NCBI GenBank assembly: GCA_002633005.1
Contig: NMRA01000599.1
Location: 62,001 to 126,000, forward strand
DNA length: 64,000 nt
Source: Phoronis australis
Taxonomy: Eukaryota > Animalia > Phoronida
Reading direction: 5' to 3'
A program made the translations under genes and the position numbers. The notes under the pieces were generated by a model that saw only the letters and a program-made list of their open reading frames with translations, did not search any database and was not told the origin of the DNA. Of the stretch, positions 37,601-50,334 are shown piece by piece; positions within the stretch are counted from its first letter, which is position 1; every line of letters starts with the position of its first letter.

Positions 37601-40600
37601 GCCTGAAGCGACCTGCGGAGGTTGATTCCATGAACCCGACCCCAGAGTTGACCTCGCCGCCCAGCAGAAAGGTCGTGAAGCAGACCCCCTCCAGGAACAA
37701 CCATATTCTGAGCTCCTACAGTTCTTCGAAACGTTTCCTTGAGAAAACGGTTAGTCTTGCTTTTCATTTCCCTTTTCTCGTGTATTTCTTTTTCGTTTTT
37801 TAAAACAGAAAGATGTTTCAGGGAACAAAAAATTCTTGTTTTCTTAGTTTTCAGGTTCTACTTTACTATTTCAAAGTAATAAGTAACATAACATAAAAAT
37901 AGTCTTTGAAATGCCTTGTTTTCCTAGTGTCTAGAATTACTCCATAGCTGTGATTTGCTGATTCCTTACTGTACGCCCTGTTTATGGTTTAACAAAACCC
38001 AAAAAGGTCAGCTGCGAAACGATTGTTGATCGATTTGGGGTATTATATTCTCAATTGGGGGTAATTAAAAACAGCAAATATTAGAAGTGTTTTGTCTGCT
38101 ATTGAAGTATGGGAATTTTGTTCTAAAAGTCAATTTTGTGACAGAAGCAAAGACTCCATGAATTTCAACCGCTCTCTGTTATCCTAGAACACTAAGGACT
38201 GTACTGTCGGCTCTGTTGTCTTATTCAAATATCAGTTATAGAAAGCATGTATGACTTGGCCAGAGTGATGAAACGTTGCCATAGAAATAATCAGAGAAAG
38301 GTGAAGGTCAATCAGTAATTAGAATTCATAACCCGTGCAATTAACTGAGGCTGACTGCCCCATTCCAGGCATCGGAGAACCAAGGGAAGCGTCAGCGACA
38401 GTCTAGCCGTGCCAGCACTCCTGTTGGCGTGAGCAAAAAGCTGAACACTGGAGGCGACTCGAAACGTTCGAGCCGTAAGAGCTCACCAGCGTAAGTCAAG
38501 CCACTCAAACTGACGCGAGTTGTCTGATCCACGTCACTGTCTTCTGATTTGCTAATCAGAGAAATGAACAATTAGCTCTACTATTTGTTTTATTATTACT
38601 CACAGTGTGTCTACTGTGTCGGTTGATTTTGTTGTCAACTTAGTTGGAGCATCTTGGATATTTTGTGGTCTCAAGTTTCTCCGCGGAGGTGTACGTTATC
38701 TGCGCATGTGCAAACTTCAGTCATACTGCCAGTCATTCTCCAGTTTAGAAGTCACTGAAGTCTGAAAATGCAGAGGTGAAGGTAGAAATTGGGAGAAATT
38801 GGAGGCCACTATCTTATTTATTTGGAAAATATGTGATTTTTGGTTTCAGCAGTGCATTTTTTGTGAATTAGGCTTTTTGAAGTGAACCTGCGTAACCCAG
38901 GTCCATGTACACTTCCAAGCACTGTGTCCAACGAACCCACCTACCAAAAATGTTTGAGATCCATTCCAGTTTCCTTGAGTCTACATAGTGTAGAATTCAG
39001 TAATGCTAGGACCTTGCTAAAAAGCAAGACTTCACGAGATTACGCGAGACTTTGCTGTGTATTTTCGATGAGAGCACGTGATTTTGGCTAGATTTTTCTA
39101 GCAGCGAGACAACCACTGAACTCTACCCTGAAATCGTAAAACCAGTGCAGAACACCTTACAATGTGTATTGGGAAATGTAGGGGAATCATGCGGTACTTT
39201 TGTCGTAGAAACCACGGAAAGACCATGAAGAAACAAAGCTTTTTGTTACTCGTTTCTTTAGTCTTCAATCCTATAACATAAAAAAATATAAGCATATAAA
39301 ATTGCCTCCTAGGTGACACACCTATATACTCAGCACGCATCTTCTTTAGCTTAATTAGGTCAAATAATGCCAAAACACAGCCACACACATCGTATTCAAA
39401 GCGTTTAGCAAAATTGATTTTTTGTTCGTTTGTGCCGTTTTAACCGTGTTCATGTATGGCGCTTCAGCATCTCAATATGCATTTTCTTGCAATAGTTACA
39501 AGATGGCACACATTTGAATTTGCATGCATTTAGAAATGAGAGAATGATGTCTAATTTAGTAAAGTGTTCAAATCACCCGTGAAAAGATTGACATAGACGG
39601 GTGGCATTTACATTTCTCGTCTGTTGCTGCATATTACTACCAAATGAATACGGTCTCCCAGGTTGCTAATACATTTCTGTAGTGATAGCCGATCTCTCAT
39701 TGGTGTTGGCTGTAGTCACATGACCCTAATCTTCTGTGAGTAGGCACAGAATGGACAAATCAGCTCAATTTCCCATCTGGTTGATAGTGTCTTGTTTTGC
39801 CATTGTAGTGTCAGTGTCCAAGGGGATGAACAGGAAAAGAGTGAGAAGAACTCACAGTCGTCTACCTCCCTAGTGGTGAGTAACAGAGCTGGGACACACA
39901 CACACATGCATACATTTAAACACATCCATATGTGGTAATGCCTTCCAAACTGGACTTGTGACATCCTTTTGAATGAAGACTTCATTGCAATGAACTTGAA
40001 GTTGTCAAATTTTGGAAGAGGTGGTTAGGTTTTCTGAATTTTTTTACTTAATGCTCTGGGTGTTCTCCGTTGCCTCAGAAAAGCAGTCCAGTCATGTTGA
40101 GGAATTTTTAGACTGGTGTTATGGCTGTTTGTGGCCTGTTTTGGATTTTGTTTTTTCACCACCTAAATAGAAGGGTGTGCATTTTTAAATTAATTCATGG
40201 TGATGAAAGAATTACTCATGCTGGTAATTGTTAATGTCAGGTGTTTGAAGGTTACTCGGTTTCCCTTTTCAGGAGCAGTCGTCTCGGAGCTCCACACCAG
40301 CAAACGTGACCCAAAAGCAGCGACTGCAACAGCCATTGAAAGAAGGACGGAGGCGTACACCTATCTTTGGCGGAACCAGCCACTTTAGACATGTGAGTTC
40401 TACTTTCACTTTCGGACTCGTGTGTTCTCTTGTTTTTGTCTTGATGCTTGTGCCAAAGTTTGCATGTTTCTCAGTTGTGTTCTGATGAGTACAGTACTAA
40501 CCAAATGTAAAACCAATATTCCATGTGAATTCGGCTGTTGGAAGTCAGTCCGTCACTTGACCTCGTCCCTCTTTGGTTCTGTATAACAAACCCAAGCAAT

Positions 40601-43600
40601 TATACGCCATTCACTGGTAGGTTACCTCAGTTTTCAAAAGTACACTCAGCATTACCTTGTTTCGTGCTCATTTATGGCCTTAATGCACAAACTTGTTCTC
40701 AGACTGTCCTCCATCTCAACAACTTGATGATACATGCTGGGAACAGATGGAAACGGGCATTTCGCCGAAAACATGCCTCGAGCATGACACTGTTTGCTTT
40801 TTTTCCTTTCACATTGTACACAGCTTTAATAGTCAGTTCCCAGTTATTTATCCCCATTTTCAAAAGCATGTTGAGAACTTCCCTGGATTACAGTATTGTA
40901 TTGTGCTGTACGTATTAGAAACTTTGTCTTGGTTACATACAATTATAGATTTTTGCAATTATTAATTGTTTAAATTTAAATGATGTCACTTTGAGACGGA
41001 CAATGGCTGTTCCAGGTTCCTAGGGCTGCATTTGCTCCTTCCGTCGAAGACTTCAAAAAGGATCGAGAAGCAGATTTGGAAAGAGTTAAAAGAATGCTAT
41101 CAGGTCTTGAAGAGGAGAAGACAGGTATGTCTATTCTTAACGAGAGATTTAGTCACTGTGGGACTTAATTACTGGTGAAATTGATTTTGCCTCCATTTTA
41201 ACACTGGCACGATTTTTGGTCAGTTCACGTCTGAAATTTGTCTACGAGACATGCTGCGAGAGTGTAAAATGATGGAACTCATAAGAGCTTAGTGATGGCA
41301 AATTAATGCTTGAATGTGTTGAAGTTGTTTATCTGGGATATCATCTGACAATTATTATATATTGTGAAAATTGGCAAATGTGCTTTTGCTAATAAGACCA
41401 CGGCTGACGTTGATTTTTGGAAGATCCGGCTACTGTGGTGCTCCCTAGTGGCTGCTGTGTCTCCTTAACCCCTAGTAGCAGGGTATTTGTGAAATTTGGC
41501 AATGGTTTTTCTGCGAATGCGACAGCAGATGAGTACTTTTGGACAGATCTGATTATGGCTGCGCCCTCTAGTGGCAATTTTATTTTAGTTTTTACGTTTG
41601 GTAAAATGTTCTTTAAACAACACTAGAGCAGGTTACTTGACACTGATTCTTCTATGTCTGTATAGTATTACATACAAGTAAGTAACTACAGCAATTCTAT
41701 TGTTAACTTTCACCAATTTATATTGTTCATTAATGAGTCCGAGTCTGACATTTATTTGACTCGCAGGCTACGGCATGACCTTATATAGGACCTTGTTGAC
41801 AAGTATTCAGCCAAATATCTAGATCTTTTCACTCAATAAAAGTATATATTTCTGAAAGTGGAAAGGATGTAGAATTCGATTTTTTACTTTAACAATCTGT
41901 CTTTAATTAGGTCATGTGACCATGTCTGTGGTGAAATTTAGCGTAAAAGAAAGGTAAAATAAAGGCAAAACAACAGTATCAATAACTTGACCAAGTTATT
42001 TGATATAAATATTCAAGATCTCAAAGATGGTGTTACAGTTTTCTAAACTATCGTTCCGTTGTATGCAACATCCTGAAATCATGAGTCAAATTTTTATAGC
42101 CCCTCATGAAAAGTGAAAGGTGCAAGGTTTTAAAAAGAATCAATAGAAGCATATTGGAGAACAGTGTGCATAGTGTCTGAAAGTTTCATGCTAATCTTGC
42201 CAGACATTTCGGAGATACGATGTTCCGAAGTTGGCCAAATTTGAAATTTTCTAGGGTCCTATGTATGCTGCGTAAGGAGCAAGGTCACTTGTTATACAAT
42301 GTTTAGCTGGTTCCTGCTGAGAGGTTTTCTTGTTTTTAGGATCGTACTGAGAACCACCTTAGTGCGAGAGGGTCTTAAGTTTAGCATGTATTGATCTATT
42401 TCAAAACTATTTTTGCAGCTACTCCAGTGTCCAAGACTGAAATCACCCCCACTTCTTTATCGACAGCGATTGCTCCATCCAGCTCCAAACCAGCACAGTC
42501 AATTGCACTGTCTGGGGTGTCAACATTTACCGTCGCCACTGGCAACCAGGGAACTAGTGCCTCTACTACTGCCTCTTCCATATCGACTGGTCAAGTGCAA
42601 ACGGAAGCCAGCACGACAATGCAAGCATCTTCTGCCAGCTCTTCACAAGGCCTTTTGGGCTTGTTAAAATCTCCCCTCACATCTGCAACCAGTAGTGCTG
42701 TCCCGAATTTAAATGTTGGAGGAAATATCAACATAACGACTTCTACTCCACAAATAGCCGTTTCTACTAATGCTTCTTCAGCTGGATCTGCAACCACATT
42801 CAAACCGTTGTTTCCTCCTGCTGCGTCTGCCACTACACTCGAGTCATCGTCAACTCTAACTTCCTCAACTGTGTCGAAAGTAAGCGAGGCAAGTGCTGGA
42901 GCAATTAGTTTTGGTTTGGTGCCATCCACACAAACCGCGGGCAGCTTCAGCAGCAACAACAATGCCAGCAGTACTACGACCGCCTTTGCCAACCAGTTTA
43001 ACTCTGGAAGTCAGGGTAATACCAGTGTAGGCAGGATAACTACAACTACTGCACCTGTTGGTGTACCGTCGACATCCACAGCATTCGGGACTCCTTTTAG
43101 TGCTCCTGTCAGTGCGTTCACATTAGGTGGAGTCCAGGCAACGTCGTCAAATTCCTTTGGCTTCCAGGCTCTGTCATCAGCACCGCCTCCCTATACCTCT
43201 GTTCCTCAGAAAGCCAGCATGTTTGGACCAGCCTCTACTGCAGTTGTGTCATCCAGTGGTACTCCACAGACAACTCAGGCATCCATGTCTAGTGGTGCTC
43301 AAAGTGGCCAAACTACCACCACGTCTGCTGGCTTCACATTTGGTGTGACAGCAGTATCCCCAGCGACCACCACGCAAACAACAGCATTGAGTGTTCAACC
43401 AACTACTGCATTCACATTTGGTTCAACAACACCCAAGAGTACATTTGGTGCCGCGCAGAGTACACAGGCCAGTGGTCTCGGAGTCTCAGCAACACAGGCC
43501 ACACAAGCAAACGCCTTTGGAGCGGGCACAGGTCAGACCACCCAACCGAGCATGTTTGGAGCCAGCTCTACTCAAGCTGTGCAGCCCAATATGTTTGGAA

Positions 43601-46600
43601 CATCTGTTAGTACTACTCAAAATTCCCAGCTGCCGTTATTTGGAACACCCTCTGCTCTATCTAGCCAGTCAAATGTCTTTGGATCTCCCGCTGCTCAGCC
43701 ACTGTCGAGTATGTTTGGGGCACCAGTGAAGACGGTCAACAGTGGTCAGTTTGGATCCACCACAACTCCTGCAACTCAGTCCAGTATATTTGGACCACCT
43801 TCATCTCAGGCCACACAAACCCCAGTGTTTGGTGCACCCACTACACAGACAGCTCAGTCTAGTGGCTTTGGTTTTGCTACCACACCCTCGACTTCGCAAG
43901 GCAGTTTGTTTACCACTTCCGAGGTCACAAAGTCTACCCTTTTTGGCGGGACCCCGAACCAAACCACCCAATCGAGCGTGTTTGGAGTTGCCACCAGTCA
44001 AAGTACCCAGCCAAGCCTGTTCAACTTTGGCGTAAATACTCAGTCGGCACAGTCTAGCACATTTGGGTCAAGCGCAACAACTACGTCCCAAAACATGGGA
44101 CCCAACTTTGGAAGCGGCCAGTCATCCATTTCTGCTAATCAGTTCGGTGGTTCTGCACCCTCAGCAGCATTCACCTTTGGACAGTCTTCCACCGCCAACA
44201 GCTCTGCGTCTCCCTTTGGCACTACCAACAGCTCTGGGTCTCCCTTTGGCACTACCAACAGCTCTGGGTCTCCCTTTGGCACTACCAACAACTCTGCGTC
44301 TCCCTTTGGCACTACCAACAGTTCTGCGTCTCCCTTTGGCACTACCAGCAGCGCTTCTCCATTTGGCACAGCCATTGCGTCGTCTCAGCCGTCCATGTTT
44401 GGAAGTACGGCTGCTCAAAAAACCACGGCCTCTCCTGGTTTCAACTTTGGCTCGGCGGCGCAGAATCCAGGCACGGGTGGCTTCAACTTTGCTGCCGCTT
44501 CGAACAACCAGTCTTCTACGTCAGGTTTTAACTTTGGTGAGTCACTGACTTTTCATTTTGTTATTGTGAGTGTTCTTTTGCGAGGATGCAGAGGATGAAC
44601 TGGGTGACTTTGTATACATTATTTTTTGATGAAAAGTCTGTATTACTAAAATGATATTGTTTCAGCATTTACAGTACAAGTCAAACCTATTCTGTCAAAA
44701 TGACTGGGCGGTGTTCTCCATTCTCAAAAATCCAAACAAGTCGTGTTTACTACCAATTACAACATCTAGACAGTTTGCACCACATGCATATCATAGTGAA
44801 CACACAAAAAATACTTTTTTGTACTAAGTGAAAAATTTAGGTGTGTCGCGTGCAATATGAACAGGTCAGAGGCAAAATCAAACAGGTCGCGGCGACCTGT
44901 TAAAACAGTTCATGAAGAAAACTGTTCAATATTCCTTGTCAGGCAAGCCGAATTCATTGTCAAAGCAGCCTAACCTCATGACTGAGAAGGAAGCGGCATT
45001 TACTGGAATGTTATTAAGGTGGCTAATCCATTCCGGAATTATTATTTTGCCCCCATAACAGTCAGTACTAGTAATTTTTAGTGTTATCAGAGTTAGACGT
45101 CTTGACAGGGAAGTGCTATTTTGTCCGATTACTTTTGTCTTGTACTGTATGTCTGCAATCGTTACAAGCGAAATGCATTTAAAGCTGCAGTGAACCGGCC
45201 TTGTGGCGAGTCTTATACTGTTTGTTGTACGGTAAAATCTCACCAATTTAGGACACAATATGGCCGACAAATGAAATTTTGTTTCGTCAATTTTCCAAGA
45301 AAGATGTGTAGTACCAAATTAAACGATTTTCCTTGTTCATTTTTTTACCACATCTGCTATCAAACAAAGTTTTGAAAGTTTGTGGGCATTCACAACAAGG
45401 TTAGAAACCCTTGAAAAATGTAAAACGGGGATTTTTGGCATTTTTTTGTCCGAATTTGCTGAGATTTTACCATAAAACTGGTCCCAACGTGTCCCTTAGT
45501 CGTATTAGAAGTACTCCCTGCTTCGGTATAACTGACAGTTCATTATAGCTTGATATCATGCTCAGTGCATAAAATGATCCACCGTTTCAAGCTTATTGAG
45601 CAGGAGTCTCCAGCAATAATAAACTGTTCATCCCAAGCTAAGAAATTGCTTCTGTTCTGAATAAAGGAGTCTGAGACTTATTTTTAGTAAATGTTCTAAA
45701 TCGAAAGTTTGTTTCAGTGTTCTCCGCAATAGCAATTTCAAACACGTCCCAAACTTTTATCGAGCTCTAATTCAGTAGTGATCACCGTCTTTACTGTGAC
45801 CTCCTCAGCAGTGGACACCTTCGTTACTGTGACCTACACAGTAGTGGACACCGTCCTTACGGTGACCTCCACAGTGGTGGACACCGTCCTTACTGTGACC
45901 TCCACAGTAGTGGACACCGTCCTTACGGTGACCTCCACAGTAGTGGTAACCGTCCTTACTGTGACCTCCACAGTAGTGGACACCGTCTTTACCGTGACCT
46001 CCACAGTTGTGAACAACCTCTTTACCATGACTTCTACAACGCAACAGGAAGTGGCTTTACAGCAGTATTATGTGGGCATTCCCTCCTCAGTCACTCTTGC
46101 AGGTTGATTAGATCTTACAACCTGGAAGTTTTCTTGTTATAAAGGTTATTGAGTTTTTACTTTCAGAAATATCTGAATGGGATCTTTTGAATCACATTTT
46201 TTATGAGTGGTGCCCCTGTTGTTCTTAGCAACTCTATACTCCAATACCATTAGTCTTCGACCAGTTACAGAATGTAATTTTGAATTTTTATTGCAGGTGG
46301 TTCATCTACTGCTTTCGGTGGTAGCGGAACGCCCGCATTTGGATCCACCAACTCATCACCAGCCTTTGGTAATGGTGGTGGTAGCGGGACCCCAACGTTT
46401 GGGTCCCCCAAGTCATCGCCAGCATTTGGTGGTAGCGGAACATCAGCGTTTGGAACCAGCAACTCATCGCCGGCCTTTGGTAGTGGTGTTGGTAGCGGAG
46501 GCCCCGCGTTTGGATCCCCAAATTCATCACCGGCATTTGGTTCCAGCACCTCTGTTCCTGCATTTGGTTCTGGCTCGGCGCCGTCGCTTGCTTTCGGAGC

Positions 46601-46730
46601 CACATCGCCACCAGGATTTGGTGCCACATCTGGCACGACAGGTGCCCCCACTTTCTCTATTGGTTCTGGACAGAAGGCCGTCGCCAACCGGGCTATTGCT
46701 AAGGGTCGCCGGCGGGGAATGAAGAAGTGA
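31692..46730 (+). CDS. POM121: POM121-like transmembrane FG-repeat nucleoporin, 12 exons, ~1326 aa
   Basis: Exons 31692-32101, 34091-34188, 34376-34496, 36107-36190, 36654-36713, 37512-37749, 38369-38490, 39809-39875, 40273-40392, 41016-41124, 42419-44536 and 46297-46730 (TGA); all GT-AG and phase-consistent. N-terminal hydrophobic TM segment. POM121-like motifs in the expected order: YPTHLQKYHSLG, SPVTVKIAPP, DPCDTQAVLSALREKRKR, NGVP..F.P..SLKR, RNNHILSSYSS. Then a large S/T-rich FG domain and a FSIG...GRRRGMKK C-terminus. Confidence 0.88.
32276..33817 (+). repeat. 678-bp direct duplication (32276-32953 / 33140-33817), probably allelic haplotypes
   Basis: About 7 substitutions between the copies (~1%); a single N at 32954 sits exactly at the end of copy 1. 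Confidence 0.9.
42091..42293. mobile_element. Short HINE-like element in the opposite orientation
   Basis: TTTTTATAGCCCC start and CTTGTT end mirror the AACAAG...ATAAAAA architecture; internal AAGTTTCATG block. Confidence 0.4.
42419..44536 (+). CDS. POM121: Large S/T-rich FG-repeat exon of the POM121-like gene
   Basis: Lies within the 735-aa ORF, with dozens of xFG / FxFG motifs (AFTFG, SMFG, FNFG); acceptor TTTTGCAG at 42418 and donor G|GTGAGT at 44536. Confidence 0.92.
44195..44368 (+). repeat. 30-bp coding tandem repeat (TTNSSxSPFG) in the FG domain
   Basis: 5-6 near-identical copies of ACTACCAACAGCTCTGCGTCTCCCTTTGGC. Confidence 0.9.
45775..46040. repeat. 33-bp minisatellite, ~8 copies, in the last POM121-like intron
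   Basis: Unit GTAGTGGACACCGTCCTTACTGTGACCTCCACA. Confidence 0.92.
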
Positions 46731-49700
46731 GAATTGACAGGATGTGAAGGTGGAGTAAATCGAATGTCTTTACAGCGTTTGCAACCCACATGCAGCTTAT
46801 CATGATCTGAACAAACCAGAGGACAGCCTCGGTTGTTGGTTGTCAGTGCAATAAAAAGATAACTACTTGGAGTGGTGATGATGGTGACTGTAAATGTGAA
46901 GATAATTGATGATGTTAAAAGTTAGTAGTTTTCGGTTCTTTCTCAAAATAACTGAGTTGGCAAGACGTGGTTGGGGGAAAGTACACTCCAACACGAGATC
47001 TGTGCAGAGGGTATTTAAATTGTGAAAAATATGTCTGCAAAAGTTACTGGACTGTTCCTGTTAAATATGTTTTTTGGTCTTTTATTGCTTACTTTTCTGA
47101 TCACGTTTTGAGATTTATGTTTGTTATTGAATGGTTATTAAAGATCGGCCCCATAGGCTAGGCATAAATTTGTCATGTTAACATTTGTGAGAGCTGACTC
47201 CCAGTGGGTCTAAGTTGATAATTTAGCCTAATATGAGTTGATGGCAAAAGACATGGAAAGTCCCCAGTCACACGTTCGTGTAATAATGCTGTGTTAACAC
47301 TTTGAAGAACTTACTTTCTGCAGCCAAGTCTTGCTGAATGTAAGTTTTGAGACTCAGAACCGTTTTTCTTGACCTCCCTAGTGTTGTAGTTGGAAGTATC
47401 GGGCTGATTCAGTTGTCGTGCTTGTCAGGGATTTCATCTATGGGTCTGCTGTTGTTGCAGTCTATCGCCTTCATTGACGACTTGGTGATACGTACGCTAT
47501 ATGTTGGAGATCAACATTTGGGAGACTTTCATTCAGCAACATGGCGACTGGTCTCATGGGACCAGATACGAATGGCCAGTGGAGGACCTCTGTAATTTTT
47601 CTTTAAAACACATCAAGTCGAATCACATGCATTGTAAAAGGGTCTTTTCTAGAAGGCAAACTATTCCCTCTATGCCATCTGCTTCGAAGAGTAAGTAACT
47701 CCTTCTACAGCTAGGTGGTGATATGAGTCACCAGTGTGGTCAGACCCCATTGCTTCTTGAAAGTCTCCCATTCTAAGCACAGGTCCACCGCAACAGGATT
47801 TTTTTGGCCAGTGTGACAACCAACACACCAAAACAAAAGATTGAAAGTGTGCTTCAAAATGCATTGAGTTAATGGCATGCACCATTGGATCATGTTGAAG
47901 TTGAATTATAAATCCGGTTTCATGCCCACAAGTTATCAGTGATGTCATTTCATGGCTACACCAACAACCATAAAGATCCCACAATGCATCTCAAAACGAC
48001 AGCAACTCCTTAAGTGAAATCCTGCAAACGTGTATTTGTTAGCGGGACTTGGGCAGCTGTACATAGCGAATCTCTCGGGTTCATGTGTCTCTGCAGGAGC
48101 ACCTCCGAGACTCGACAACTAATGTGCAAGTAGTTCAACGTGTAGTCTGATTTTATTTGGATTTTGCATATGTGAGAGGAAATATTTAAAGTTCTGAAAT
48201 AGGCGAGTTGGTGCTTTCAGTTTCCCGTGGTTATTTGGGGTGGAACTGAAGAGGAGGGAAGGGGTGGGGTTGTAGTTAAGCCACCTCAAACCAATTTCGT
48301 CTTAGTTTGAGGTTGCACATTTTTAGCCTTTGATAATGTGCCCGTTCTCATTCAAAATATGCAAAAGGGTTGATATGGGGTATGACGGAAACTGTTGTAA
48401 TTGTGGACTGCCGAGAGTCCAAGTTGAACTGCACAACTTCAGAGCTTGTATCTGTCACAATTGATTTGCTTTGAAATTTTAGTCGCTGATATGAAGTTGT
48501 GCGACCTATGGAATTCTTGTGTTGTTAGAACTTTTGATGGGGACATGTAAAGACGTCTAACATTGTTTTCCTGGAAGGTGCTAAAGAGACGTCTTTTATT
48601 GCTCCTAGATTAGGCCAAGGTTTGTTGTTAGTGATATCAATTGTAATTAATTAAATTCCATGTATTAAATAGTGTATTGTAATGTTTTGCAATGTAAAGG
48701 TAAAAACCTGTCCTCTTTGTATGAGAGTAAACCACAATGTCTTTCAATCTTTTTCAAAAATATGAGTAAAGCTCATCTTGTGAATGCGAAGTGGTCCAGT
48801 CCTCATGGAGGGACCTGAATTTGTGAATGTGAACCATGAAATTTGGCTTAAATTGTGCGTGTGAAGACATACAGAGAGGGAGTGTTTTAATTTATGAATT
48901 AGTATCTTGGTGCAACTGGCTTATGATTGAGTGTAGACCACAAACTTAAGTGTTGTTGCCTTGTAGTTCACAGGTAGGTAATCAAGTTCTGTATGCTCTA
49001 TCAAGGCAGGCTAGGTAAACCAATTCGTAAGAGGTCATGAGTGACATATATTCATGTCTCTAGTTTCAGGAAATTCTTACTATTGCTATAACATCGGATT
49101 GGTTTAAATCTCCTTGTGTACTGATGTTGATGGGGTTTTCTAAAGGGGAAGCCAGTAGCTTTCAGAGAGCAGACATTCTTTGAGAAATTTGTGAACAAGT
49201 TGGTGAACTCCTGTGATTTTCTGGTCTTCCTACTTGGCGCCTATAAAGCTGTGTTCTTTCCAAGAAGCAAACTTGTTTAGACCATCTGTCATAATGATTG
49301 TTTCTACTTGTTCTATTCTGTTGTGGGTTCAGGTCAACATTAAAAGATTTGAGACTTGTGTCCTGTGACTGAATAACCTGTTTCATAGAATACGTTTTAC
49401 CAAGTAAGTATAGGGGAAATGCCTGTTTAAATTTTTGCAGCTTTAAATTCATTCTGACTTACTTTTGTGGTTCATTCGTTCCTAAGTCGTTATGCAGGGA
49501 GATGTGTACATGTTGATATATTGATGTAGACCTGTGTGTGTGACAGTTGCCTGTATGGTGAATGTATGCTGTATCTAATTCTATTCCACAACAGTGAATT
49601 GAGTTTGGAGAATAACTGTGTAGACTGTGTAATGACTGACGCGAGCCCGACACATTCTTGACGAGTTAGGCGGCGCACCTGGAGGTTCTGGAGGCAGATA

Positions 49701-50328
49701 AACACTTTGAGTTCTACCATCTTCTGATTGACTGGTCAGTTATTGCTCACATCATTGAAGTTGGTATGAAATCGGTCAAATTAAGGCTCCTCTCAATAAT
49801 TCAGTAGGACGGTATTTGAATCTTCCATTTGAACTAACGTTGAAAAAGCTATGTTTACATTCGTCTTGATCACATTTTGCAGGATGTTTAGTGATGGTTT
49901 TTGTGTCATGGATTCCCAGTAACCAAGCCTCACCGCGTAATGAAGTGTCGGGATTCTTCAGTGCAAATGCCTCTAATTTTCAACAGGTGTCGCTTCTATC
50001 TGCCGGGAATTGTAGCTTGTGTGTGAATGATACTTTTGAATTTTGTGTGCCTCGATAATGGCTTAAACGAGAAAGTGATGTTTAACAGTTTTGAAAACGT
50101 TTATCTATTTTTTATTACAAATAATCCTTCAAGCTCAGTCCGCTGTCGGTCATTTATTTACGTTTTGTTATGTCGTATAATTGTGTCTCTAATGCGGGAT
50201 GTTTATTGTCAGTAAAGCCCTCTTGTTTGGTTTTTAATTGCCTCTAAAGTTAATAAGTTGGATTTGGTAATTTTTGAATTTGTTTTAATGGACACTGTGT
50301 ATGATGTAGCAACGAAATTGTTAAATCA

Positions 50329-50334
50329 AATAAA
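50329..50334 (+). terminator. Candidate distal poly(A) signal of the POM121-like gene (proximal AATAAA at 46850-46855)
   Basis: AATAAA at the end of a ~3.6-kb T-rich stretch with no obvious TE after the stop codon; TE-like DNA begins at ~50560. Confidence 0.45.

Noticed and set aside
38255-38355. C/D-box snoRNA-like segment (GTGATGA...CTGA) in a POM121 intron
   Set aside because: The D box sits on the branch-point region ~20 nt from the acceptor, the terminal stem is weak, and no rRNA/snRNA guide is recognisable.
44710-44923. Possible small MITE (CGGTGTTCTCC...GAAGAAAACTG with internal hairpin AACAGGTCGCGGCGACCTGTT)
   Set aside because: TIRs are imperfect and there is no TSD; probably an old repeat, but boundaries are unsupported.
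45778-46107. T/V-rich ORF and antisense HxCGGH ORF
   Set aside because: By-products of the stop-free 33-bp minisatellite; no convincing splice sites link them to the gene.
46265-46789. Antisense and alternative-frame ORFs over the FG exons (also 42396-44548)
   Set aside because: Shadow frames of low-complexity coding sequence.
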